Shown here piece by piece: positions 12,605 through 20,301 of a stretch of DNA of 27,641 nucleotides. Position numbers and translations under genes: made by a program. The notes under the pieces were generated by a model. The model made no database searches. It was not told the DNA's origin and worked only from the letters and a program-made list of their open reading frames with translations. Numbering within the stretch: the first letter of the stretch is position 1; the number at the start of each line of letters is the position of its first letter. The stretch is from Methanobacteriota archaeon (lineage in GTDB: Archaea > Thermoplasmatota > Poseidoniia > Poseidoniales > Poseidoniaceae), in NCBI GenBank assembly GCA_011522915.1, contig WTIA01000154.1, forward strand, positions 1 through 27,641, in the 5' to 3' direction.

Positions 12605-13468
12605 ATGTCATTAGACCGTTTTTCAAGAACAACAAGCCTGCTATTAGTCGCAACACTGGCCCTTGCTATGGCACACACAGTTAGCGCAGAACTGATTACC
12701 ACAAACCCTGCAACTGCGGGATGGTTGAACGATGGTGAGAACGATGGGTTGCAACTCGTAACCTTCTTCTTATTCTTCGTTGGATACATCTCTATGGGTG
12801 CAGCGTTCGTCTTCTTCATGAGCGAACGCAGTAACGTGGCACCACAGTACCGAACAACAATGACAATCTCTGCATTGATTGTTGGTATTGCTGCGTTCCA
12901 CTATTACTACATGCGTGGTGTATATGTCGACCACCAGGTCGTCTCGATTGAATACCGATACATGGATTGGATCATTACAGTACCATTAATGGCACTGAAA
13001 TTCCCAAGCCTAGTAGGAAAGGATGCAATCACTGACGACAAATTCGCTGGACTAGGATTCACTGGAATCTGTTTCACCGGTGCTCTAATCATGATTGGTT
13101 TCGGATACCTTGGTGAAGCTGGTCTAATGGACGCATACCTAGCTCTGCTACTAGGTGGTATGGGATGGGCTATGATTATCGTAGCAACCGGTACCCCATG
13201 GTCCTCTGGTAAAGGTGTAGACAATTCCAAGATTGCACCTGAACTAATGTGGAGCGCAAACGCTCTACGCTGGTTCATCGTCGTCGGATGGATCATTTAC
13301 CCACTAGGTTACCTATTCAGCCCAGAAGTCGCAATTATCGACATTGGTGCAGAAGGTGAACTGTACATGGGTATCGCATACAACATTGCTGACATGATCA
13401 ACAAGATCGGATTCGGTGTAGTTGCATGGATGGGTGCAAAGAAGGCATCAGAAGCTATTGCAGCCTGA
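12605..13468 (+). CDS. Microbial (type 1) rhodopsin of the proteorhodopsin family, DTK motif
   Basis: The signal peptide is MSLDRFSRTTSLLLVATLALAMAHTVSA and there are seven hydrophobic helices. Helix C reads YRYMDWIITVPLMALKF (PR: FRYIDWLLTVPLLICEF). His99 (AFHYYYMRG) corresponds to PR His75. Helix G reads AYNIADMINKIGFG with the Schiff-base Lys (K267) and counter-ion Asp (D263). The track ORF starts at 12524, inside the ABC gene and upstream of the TATA box, so I use the ATG at 12605. Confidence 0.95.
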   Translation: MSLDRFSRTTSLLLVATLALAMAHTVSAELITTNPATAGWLNDGENDGLQLVTFFLFFVGYISMGAAFVFFMSERSNVAPQYRTTMTISALIVGIAAFHYYYMRGVYVDHQVVSIEYRYMDWIITVPLMALKFPSLVGKDAITDDKFAGLGFTGICFTGALIMIGFGYLGEAGLMDAYLALLLGGMGWAMIIVATGTPWSSGKGVDNSKIAPELMWSANALRWFIVVGWIIYPLGYLFSPEVAIIDIGAEGELYMGIAYNIADMINKIGFGVVAWMGAKKASEAIAA

Positions 13469-13508
13469 TTACCTAAATTGCATACCAAGATAGTTGCTCA
13501 ATGAGCAG

Positions 13509-14048
13509 TCACTCTTCTTCATGAAGGATTGTGACTATCAGGTGTGCTGCTTTCTCAAGCACATACCTGTCTCCGCCAAGGGGTAGGGGTCCGAAAGGGC
13601 CCCACCCCTTGCGCAACAACATTATTCTCTTCTTTGGCTGCTTTCTAGCAAGCCTCAATCTATTCCACTCATATCTTTGACCATCAGCAAAAAGGTGTGT
13701 ACTAGTAATCGCATACCTTTTTGGAATAAGTAATGAAAACAAATGCAAAGATAGTAATCCGTCCCAAATCCAAACCCAAATCATTGGGGTTTGAGATAAT
13801 TCGGCTAGCATCCAGGGCAATATCATCATTGCAGCCACTGTCATCAGGTTTGCCCATTGTCTGGATACCTCTTCTGATTGATTTGACTCCCACGCAAACC
13901 CGCCATTTGGTAAGTCTCCAAGATTAGGAATGTCCACTCTTTGTCGGGCTAACCACCATGCATCCCACGCGACAATTACGGCTAAAATCGCAACGCAAAA
14001 CTGAGCCATTGATTCAGGATCAGGTAATGCGTTGGTAAACTCAACCAT
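13509..14048 (-). CDS. Hypothetical membrane protein (about 179 aa), translationally coupled to the beta-helix surface protein gene
   Basis: TM-like segments are FCVAILAVIVAWDAWWL, LMTVAAMMILPWMLA and MIWVWIWDGLLSLHLFSLLI. A basic soluble tail follows (KRYAITSTHLFADGQRYEWNRLRLARKQPKKR...). The ATG at 14048-14046 shares one base with the upstream TGA at 14050-14048 (TGATG). The track start at 14051 is a GTG one codon upstream. Confidence 0.7.
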   Translation of the reverse strand: MVEFTNALPDPESMAQFCVAILAVIVAWDAWWLARQRVDIPNLGDLPNGGFAWESNQSEEVSRQWANLMTVAAMMILPWMLAELSQTPMIWVWIWDGLLSLHLFSLLIPKRYAITSTHLFADGQRYEWNRLRLARKQPKKRIMLLRKGWGPFGPLPLGGDRYVLEKAAHLIVTILHEEE

Positions 14049-17000
14049 CACTCCACGTCCCCATTCTTACGCATCAGCATGAATGCTGCTGCTAAGATGA
14101 AAATTACTAGGAAAACTATCGTGCCAATCGGGCTACTGTCTGACTCTTCACCGGAGCTTGCTCCCTCGGAAACATCAGGAATGCCGTCTCCGTCATCATC
14201 TGGGTCTTCAGTCAACCAAGTTGTTACTCCTAACGGACACTGTAGGTCATCTGGCTGACCATCTCCATCTGTGTCTAAGTTTGCACACGGGTCGGTTGGC
14301 CATGCATCCCTTACATCTAGCGAACCATCATTGTCATCATCGGTATCATAGATGTCTGGCCCACAATACACATTCTCTTCCTTATCATACCACGTCTCTG
14401 CATTACAAGTTGCACCCCAGTCGCCATCAGAGTCTAGAAGAGTCACTTCGAAGCTGAGTGAGTCGCTGGACATCTTGCCTTGTTTATCAGTGACTTCCAG
14501 TTTTAGAACGTAGAAGCCTTCTGACAGGTCGGTAATATTGTTCCATTCACCGTTCAATTGCATTATTTCATCTTGGCCAACAACTACCTTCCAAACGATT
14601 TGCAGGTCTTGATTTGAATCTAAGTCGTCGCTGATTACCGCTCTTATCTCGATTGGAAGGGTCTCCATGATTCTGAATCCGTCATCTGGAATTATGATTT
14701 CAACTTCAGGTGCCTTGTTACCAATCATATCGATTTGAATGATTTCTTCTTCACCGATTCCAAATGTCCAATATTTGTCAGTATCAGGTAAATCCTGTGC
14801 TGAAGCGATTACTCTCACTGTATTGAAATCGAGTGTTTGTGAATCATCTACGACCTTTGTTGGAAGGGACACCTCTATGCTGCTACCTTGAGCAGTGCCT
14901 GTCCAGTAATCTCCCACTTCGAAAACAAGGTTAGCAATCTGAGAATTTCCACCTAACCTAACATCGAAGATATGCGTAGACCAGACCAGAATTTCTCCGG
15001 AGGATGTTGATTCTGACTGAGGAATTACATCATACAAATTTGCTATTGCGCTATTGATATCCAATGACCCGTTCAATAGTCCATCGTGAACCAATATATC
15101 AGAGCCATCACTCGAAATGGCGACCATAGAATCAATCTCTACATTCATTAGAATTAGTGGGGCAGATTCACCGTCTGTGTGTAAATCAACACCCTTTGTA
15201 CACGAAGAAATCGTTGAATCTGAAACTACAATCGAGGAAGATGCTCTGCCGTGATGAGATGTTATCCCAGTTCCGCTACCTCCGCAATTAATCACCATGT
15301 TTGAGAGGGTGCCTGCAGTATTGTCAAAGTCTATCGCTGGCGCGCCTGAAACAGTTACATCATCGATGTTGATTTCTCTATTATCGTAGCCAGATATTGA
15401 ATCAACAGTCAATTCACTCATGGAAAATCCGTCTACATTATCTACAAAAATATCAGTTCCAATCAAGTTGTGAATTTCTCCTTCCACACCAGATACGCGT
15501 ACAGCATCTTGAGTAGTCATGCCATCGATTGATAGTAGCGAGCCTAGCGCCCAAAGAGCGTCAGATTCGCAATTATTAGTCTCCAAATCTTCTGCGTATA
15601 ATTCAACCGCACCTTGTAATTCAATACAATGTGATGCAGAGTCTGTAAAAGTAGTAGAAATGATACTTAATTGAGCCATGAAAGCACTGCTAGTTGAGCG
15701 CAATAGTGGCTCTGCACTACTAGAGCGCGCCAAATAAGCATGGCTCAGAACAGTATCAGATTGGCCATCAATAGAGATTAATGGTGCGCCTTCAACCATG
15801 CTTGTCCCAATAATTCTAGCTGTGGTTTCAGCACTATCTCCGATTACCAAACCACCCCATCTAGCACCATCACCCATTGATGAAATCGTTGAATATCCTG
15901 CATTGAACGTACCTTCAACGGTAATTGTGACCTGATCTGCCACACGGAGGAAAACGCCGTCATTGACGGTCATAGTCTCCCCTGCAGGAATGACGAGGTC
16001 GGTTGTAAGATGATACGGACTCCACGCTTTTTCTAATTCAAGCCATGAGTCAAGAACTCCTCCTGAAATGGTTGAGGCAATGAAAATGTGCTCCATCGAC
16101 ATCGAAGAATCCCAGCCCATCAAATCTGTAATCTGTCCAACACTCATCTGAACTTGAACAAGGCCAGATGTTGTAGTGCCGCTAGAATCGACAAGCAATG
16201 AAGTGGTAGATTTGCTCGCCATACCCTCCACGTCGGTTGTAACACTTTGTCCACCTACTGATATAGTGGCGCCAGATACTGGTTCTCCTTTGTCGAGCAC
16301 CGTCACATGGAGAGTGTTGACTATCTCAAATACCGCTCCAACTCCAACCGTCGTAGTGTTAGGAACGCTGCCTGAATTGACAGTTACCTTACACGAATTA
16401 TCGAGTTCTACATCCCCGCTAATGTGTAGATTGTAAACATCGATATCATTTTGACAAGACGTCCAAAATACATCACCATGAACGCTAAGATTAGATGTTG
16501 GAGAATTAGCAAAGTCAGCAGAATGGGAAACAACATCTCCGTGGAATTCTGAGTTTTCACCCTCAAAATTACCGTAACTGTCAACGACTAATGTGGACCC
16601 TTGAGGGATTGTTAGCCCCGTGTTCTGAAGAACCAGGTTAGCATTCGCTGGAATTGTGATGTCGCCGCCAGCAGCATGAGGCATACCATCTTCTGTCGGG
16701 CCAAGTACAACCACAGAACCTGCAGGCAGAACCCAATCTCCCTGAGGCATGATTGGAACCTGTATTGTGTGGGTCCCTCCTTGCACTCCGGTTGGAGTAG
16801 ATATTGCACCTACACCTGCAAAGGTTGCGATAATTTGAGATCCATATTCGCTGACTGGTAAGACAGCACTACCAGAACTTGCAGTGCCACTAAACCCTAG
16901 AGTTTGCCAATCCGCATCGACAGGATTACCAGTCAAATCTTCGAAACTGATTGTGGTCTCCCACAAGCGGTTCTTGTCTGTAGTTTCGATATTCAATGTC

Positions 17001-18649
17001 TGAGTTGTTCCATAGTTTAGTGTGCCATCTCCTGTTGAGTCGGAATCCAAATTGCTGGTAGAGGTCATAGACCACACTGTAACTTCTGAGTTGGCATCGA
17101 TAACCGATGCATCTTCGTGATAAGATGCATCCCAGGTTCGTAGAACTGCATCTGATGCTACCATATTCAAACCAATATCAGAAACCCTAGTTACCAGAGA
17201 ATCCGATACGTGGACCATTGAGGAGCTTGCATAGAGCCCTTGCTCGCTTGAATCAAGTAGATTCAAATCAGCGAAGTTTGCCATTGATTCGTACAATGAG
17301 AAACTGTTAGCAAATCCGTTTACTGTGACCTCATCAGATTCGATAGAACACCACCATGCTTCAATCCCAGTACTACCTGTTTCGAACTGGTTGAATGGCA
17401 TATTTACTTCAAGTTGTGAAAATTCGTGATAGCCTTGCAGTATGTCAATACCACTAACTGCATCTGCGGACATATTGACTGTTACTGAATCCAAAATAGT
17501 GGCGGATATTCCTGAGAAGGACAATCCATTAATCTCAGATGTGAATGTTGTGTCGTAAATTGACAAGGTACCTGTTCCGCTAGTTACCAACGCCGTGTCT
17601 GTCGACTCTATTGATGAATTATCTATTTTGTAAGTCCCGCTACCTGCTAGGGACATTCCAATCCATGGTGCATCATAGGCGCCCTGCATAGAGGAAAATT
17701 GACCGCTAAGTGAGATGTGAGAAAGAGTGACAGTTTCTGAAGTTCTAACGTCGATTGGTGTCTCTGAACTTGTAGAATCGTAAACTACGTTAGAGATGGA
17801 CAAATTACCTGCTGACCACGAATTAACCAGCCTTTCGCCTGACATGTCGATATTAGATAGGGAAAAACCATCAGCGTCAATTGCGACAATCGCATTTCTT
17901 GAAGTGCCTGTCATGCCATCAATATCGCCAGATGCACTCGAACTGATACTGACTGCATTACCGATTCCACTTACGAAGTTTAAATCCTCAATGTCGGCAT
18001 TACCTCCAGTTAGGGAGATGCCGGTTCCTGTTTGAGTAAAGTCGCCATCTGTGAGAGCTAATGTTCCTGTAGATGCGACTCCTGTTGTGATGTCGGTTAA
18101 CATCACATTCGAAAGCGTTGCAGAGCCACTTATTCGCAAACCATCATTATCTACACTCTCGATGGATAGAGTGGATATATCGGCTTGTCCTGCAACCTCT
18201 ATGCCAATTAAACAATCTTCGATGGTAAGAGATTTGGCAGTCAGAGTACCATCGATGATTATGCATGATTTGGCGTTTGAAATCGTGACGTTATCCAATT
18301 CTGCACTTCCGCCTTGGCTAATTGTCAAAGCATCCCAAACTCCAGCATTGTGAGAACCTTGTCCTGTTGTCTGGATAGAAGACATGATGGTTGCATTGTC
18401 TGCAATCAAAGTACCATCAACCTTCATCCAGTAATCTTGCATATCGATGACTGCGCCTGGTTTTATGGTTAGAGTAGTGCCATGGGAAACTGTGTAATTC
18501 CCTGTCATTACTTGATTGCCTGAGAGGTCCACGTCTTGGGTTGTTACAGTATCATTTGCTATGACACCTGAAAGCAAAGATAGTGTCATTATGGCTGCAA
18601 GCAACAAAGATCGAAGTCTCATATCACGGGGTAACGCCTCATAGAACAT
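14048..18649 (-). CDS. Giant surface protein (1533 aa): right-handed parallel beta-helix repeats, Ig/PKD-like domains, thrombospondin-type-3-like Ca-binding repeats and a C-terminal TM anchor
   Basis: The signal peptide is MRLRSLLLAAIMTLSLLSGVIA; the ATG at 18622 is an alternative start to 18649. Long runs of about 20-25-aa beta-helix-type repeats are rich in G/S/T/N/D/I (e.g. ITIEDCLIGIEVAGQADISTLSIESVDNDGLRISGSATLSNVMLTD). A prealbumin-like segment is VTVLDKGEPVSGATISVGGQSVTTDVEG and a PKD-like segment is YVLKLEVTDKQGKMSSDS. TSP3-like DxDxDG repeats are DTDDDNDGSLDVRD, DTDGDGQPDD and DPDDDGDGIPD. The anchor is IGTIVFLVIFILAAAFMLMRK. Confidence 0.9.
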   Translation of the reverse strand: MFYEALPRDMRLRSLLLAAIMTLSLLSGVIANDTVTTQDVDLSGNQVMTGNYTVSHGTTLTIKPGAVIDMQDYWMKVDGTLIADNATIMSSIQTTGQGSHNAGVWDALTISQGGSAELDNVTISNAKSCIIIDGTLTAKSLTIEDCLIGIEVAGQADISTLSIESVDNDGLRISGSATLSNVMLTDITTGVASTGTLALTDGDFTQTGTGISLTGGNADIEDLNFVSGIGNAVSISSSASGDIDGMTGTSRNAIVAIDADGFSLSNIDMSGERLVNSWSAGNLSISNVVYDSTSSETPIDVRTSETVTLSHISLSGQFSSMQGAYDAPWIGMSLAGSGTYKIDNSSIESTDTALVTSGTGTLSIYDTTFTSEINGLSFSGISATILDSVTVNMSADAVSGIDILQGYHEFSQLEVNMPFNQFETGSTGIEAWWCSIESDEVTVNGFANSFSLYESMANFADLNLLDSSEQGLYASSSMVHVSDSLVTRVSDIGLNMVASDAVLRTWDASYHEDASVIDANSEVTVWSMTSTSNLDSDSTGDGTLNYGTTQTLNIETTDKNRLWETTISFEDLTGNPVDADWQTLGFSGTASSGSAVLPVSEYGSQIIATFAGVGAISTPTGVQGGTHTIQVPIMPQGDWVLPAGSVVVLGPTEDGMPHAAGGDITIPANANLVLQNTGLTIPQGSTLVVDSYGNFEGENSEFHGDVVSHSADFANSPTSNLSVHGDVFWTSCQNDIDVYNLHISGDVELDNSCKVTVNSGSVPNTTTVGVGAVFEIVNTLHVTVLDKGEPVSGATISVGGQSVTTDVEGMASKSTTSLLVDSSGTTTSGLVQVQMSVGQITDLMGWDSSMSMEHIFIASTISGGVLDSWLELEKAWSPYHLTTDLVIPAGETMTVNDGVFLRVADQVTITVEGTFNAGYSTISSMGDGARWGGLVIGDSAETTARIIGTSMVEGAPLISIDGQSDTVLSHAYLARSSSAEPLLRSTSSAFMAQLSIISTTFTDSASHCIELQGAVELYAEDLETNNCESDALWALGSLLSIDGMTTQDAVRVSGVEGEIHNLIGTDIFVDNVDGFSMSELTVDSISGYDNREINIDDVTVSGAPAIDFDNTAGTLSNMVINCGGSGTGITSHHGRASSSIVVSDSTISSCTKGVDLHTDGESAPLILMNVEIDSMVAISSDGSDILVHDGLLNGSLDINSAIANLYDVIPQSESTSSGEILVWSTHIFDVRLGGNSQIANLVFEVGDYWTGTAQGSSIEVSLPTKVVDDSQTLDFNTVRVIASAQDLPDTDKYWTFGIGEEEIIQIDMIGNKAPEVEIIIPDDGFRIMETLPIEIRAVISDDLDSNQDLQIVWKVVVGQDEIMQLNGEWNNITDLSEGFYVLKLEVTDKQGKMSSDSLSFEVTLLDSDGDWGATCNAETWYDKEENVYCGPDIYDTDDDNDGSLDVRDAWPTDPCANLDTDGDGQPDDLQCPLGVTTWLTEDPDDDGDGIPDVSEGASSGEESDSSPIGTIVFLVIFILAAAFMLMRKNGDVE

Positions 18650-18664
18650 GAACTCATTGCTTAC

Positions 18665-18683
18665 TAGTCACCTACGGTGACTA
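18665..18683. other. Perfect 8-bp stem / 3-nt loop hairpin (TAGTCACC-TAC-GGTGACTA) between tRNA-Pro and the beta-helix gene start
   Basis: I verified the inverted repeat base by base. It lies in the 59-nt spacer between the tRNA 3' end (18709) and the ATG at 18649. Confidence 0.5.
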
Positions 18684-18708
18684 ATTTTCCAATCTAGGTC
18701 CCAGGCAG

Positions 18709-18783
18709 TGGGCCTGCCCAGATTTGAACTGGGGTCTGACGGCCCCCAGCCGCCAAGTATAGGCCAAGCTAACCCACAAGCCC
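18709..18783 (-). tRNA. tRNA-Pro (anticodon GGG), 75 nt including the discriminator A; no encoded CCA and no intron
   Basis: I folded the minus-strand sequence GGGCTTGTGGGTTAGCTTGGCCTATACTTGGCGGCTGGGGGCCGTCAGACCCCAGTTCAAATCTGGGCAGGCCCA by hand. The acceptor stem is GGGCTTG/CAGGCCC, 7 bp with one G-U. The D arm has A14, G18G19 and A21. The anticodon stem is GGCGG/CCGTC and the loop is C-U-GGG-G-G, with U33 and G37. The T arm is CCCAG-TTCAAAT-CTGGG. Confidence 0.85.
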
Positions 18784-18811
18784 TTGCCTGGGGAATCTGA
18801 ATGGTTTCTAT

Positions 18812-19015
18812 TCACTCGCGTGGGGCGCTAAATGGTGCAACCTCATCGATTAGATCGATGTGTGAAACAAACATTCTGCGGCAACAATATCTCTCAAATC
18901 CAAGTTCGTCTAGAGCTGTCATTACGTCAGTTCCTGCGTCTTTCTTTTCATTGAATTCTTCCCACTTGTGAGCGATTAGTGCGCCACAACTGAAACAACG
19001 TACTGGTATAATCAT
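18812..19015 (-). CDS. rpoN: DNA-directed RNA polymerase subunit N (Rpo10)
   Basis: MIIPVRCFSCGALIAHKWEEF...ELGFERYCCRRMFVSHIDLID is the canonical archaeal RpoN/eukaryotic RPB10 sequence with its Zn-binding Cys motif (CxxC...CC). An AGGTGA Shine-Dalgarno sequence lies 5 nt upstream. Confidence 0.93.
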   Translation of the reverse strand: MIIPVRCFSCGALIAHKWEEFNEKKDAGTDVMTALDELGFERYCCRRMFVSHIDLIDEVAPFSAPRE

Positions 19016-19020
19016 CTAAA

Positions 19021-19455
19021 TCACCTGTAAGATTTCTGCTTCTTTCGGCGAGCACCGCGACCGAGTTGATGCTTTGGTTCCTTACGACGTGGGTCGTTAA
19101 CCAGAAGGCTTCTGTCAAAGCGTAGGAACTCGTCACGAAGTTCCTCGTCAAGTCCTTCAGCACCACCATTGTAGTGAACAAGACCTCTTGCGATTGCAGT
19201 TCTGATTGCATCGGTTTGACCCATTACTCCACCACCGTGTGTTAGTATGTTGATGTCTACCTTGGATAGACGGTTCATTGCATCTGCAATGATTAGTGGC
19301 TCCATTGCCTTGCGGCGAGATAGAGCTGGTTGTAGAATTTCTATTGGTTCGCTGTTAACACGAACTCTTCCCTTTCCTGCTTTGACGGTTGCACGAGCAA
19401 CTGCGGTCTTGCGCTTACCTGATGTGTGTACAACTTTCTTTCCTTTGCGAGCCAT
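19021..19455 (-). CDS. rps9: 30S ribosomal protein S9 (uS9)
   Basis: The sequence GKRKTAVARATVKAGKGRVRVN...THGGGVMGQTDAIRTAIARGL...RRKEPKHQLGRGARRKKQKSYR is typical uS9. The ATG at 19455 overlaps the L13 TGA by one base (TGATG), and GGAGGTGAG (19469-19461) lies 5 nt upstream. The track start at 19458 is a GTG one codon earlier. Confidence 0.95.
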   Translation of the reverse strand: MARKGKKVVHTSGKRKTAVARATVKAGKGRVRVNSEPIEILQPALSRRKAMEPLIIADAMNRLSKVDINILTHGGGVMGQTDAIRTAIARGLVHYNGGAEGLDEELRDEFLRFDRSLLVNDPRRKEPKHQLGRGARRKKQKSYR

Positions 19456-19964
19456 CACTGCTCACCTCCGTTCCATCGGTGTGCTGGTGCGCCTAGGTTA
19501 GCGCTGACGTCTCCCAAGCGTACGAAACGCTGTGGAAGTGGGCGTCGAATCTTGCTGTCGTCGCCTGCTTCGTGACCTTCTGGAAGGTCTCCAGTCAAAT
19601 GGCTTGGGCAGCCGATTTCAACGCGCAGATTGCGAAGTGCACGGCGTCCGCTGCTCTTTGCTTGGTATGGTAGCATTCCTCTGACCGTTCTCTTCAGAAT
19701 CATGTCAGGCATACGTGGGAAGTAAGGCCCCTTGCGAGCGTGGTTCAGTTCGTACTTTTGATGGTAGTTTGCATAAACTGCAGAAGGCTTGCCAGAAATG
19801 ACTGCTTTCTCTGCGTTCACTATTACCACTTGGTCGCTGTTACCAGCACGTGTGCTCTTCAGAAGAAGGTCAGCAACTGTGCTGGCCAAACGTCCTAGGA
19901 TTAGACCATCAGCGTCGTAGACGAATGTCTTACCTTCAGCCAAGGATGTACACCCCCGATCCAT
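19455..19964 (-). CDS. rpl13: 50S ribosomal protein L13 (uL13)
   Basis: The sequence VYDADGLILGRLASTVADLLL...VVIVNAEKAVISGK...GPYFPRMPDMILKRTVRGMLP is typical archaeal uL13. The ATG at 19964 overlaps the L18e 3' end by 29 nt. A TTG at 19943 (MAEGKTFVYDADG) is an alternative start. Confidence 0.93.
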   Translation of the reverse strand: MDRGCTSLAEGKTFVYDADGLILGRLASTVADLLLKSTRAGNSDQVVIVNAEKAVISGKPSAVYANYHQKYELNHARKGPYFPRMPDMILKRTVRGMLPYQAKSSGRRALRNLRVEIGCPSHLTGDLPEGHEAGDDSKIRRPLPQRFVRLGDVSANLGAPAHRWNGGEQ

Positions 19965-20301
19965 TTGGGTTTTCGTTCATTAATTCAGCAAGCGAAAGGA
20001 CTCTGCCTCCTGCTGCCTCAATCTTCTCACGGGCTCCAGCGCTGACACTGTATGCGGCGACGTCGTGCTTGGCCGAAACCTCTCCACTGCCGAGCAACTT
20101 GCCTGGTACGAGGACTGTTACGCCCTCAGGGCAGTGGCGGCTCAAGCGGCTTAGGTTTGGTTGTGCCCAGTTACTACGGCTCTTTGAAAGACGTAGTGCG
20201 ACATCTCGCCACAGAGGTGCGCCGGTCTCGCGAGACTGTGCCTTCAAATCGCCGATTAAATCGACTAGATTTGGGTTTGTCTTGCTTACGGGTTTACTCA
20301 T
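19936..20301 (-). CDS. rpl18e: 50S ribosomal protein L18e (eL18)
   Basis: The sequence SKTNPNLVDLIGDLKAQSRETGAPLWRDVALRLSKSRSNWAQPNLSRLSRH...VLVPGKLLGSGEV...AAYSVSAGAREKIEAAGGRVLSLAEL is characteristic of L18e. The ATG at 20301 is preceded by GAGGGAG at 4-nt spacing. The track start at 20328 is a TTG. Confidence 0.9.
   Translation of the reverse strand: MSKPVSKTNPNLVDLIGDLKAQSRETGAPLWRDVALRLSKSRSNWAQPNLSRLSRHCPEGVTVLVPGKLLGSGEVSAKHDVAAYSVSAGAREKIEAAGGRVLSLAELMNENPNGSGVYILG

Noticed and set aside
13469-13508. Short inverted repeat TGCTCA/TGAGCA between the convergent rhodopsin and membrane-protein genes, as a terminator
   Set aside because: The arms are separated by only one nucleotide, so at most a 4-5-bp stem could form. 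That is too weak to call.
13469-18783. Genomic island integrated at tRNA-Pro, with the beta-helix gene as cargo
   Set aside because: I saw no integrase or recombinase and no direct repeat of the tRNA 3' end elsewhere in the window by eye. The idea cannot be supported without a computational repeat search.
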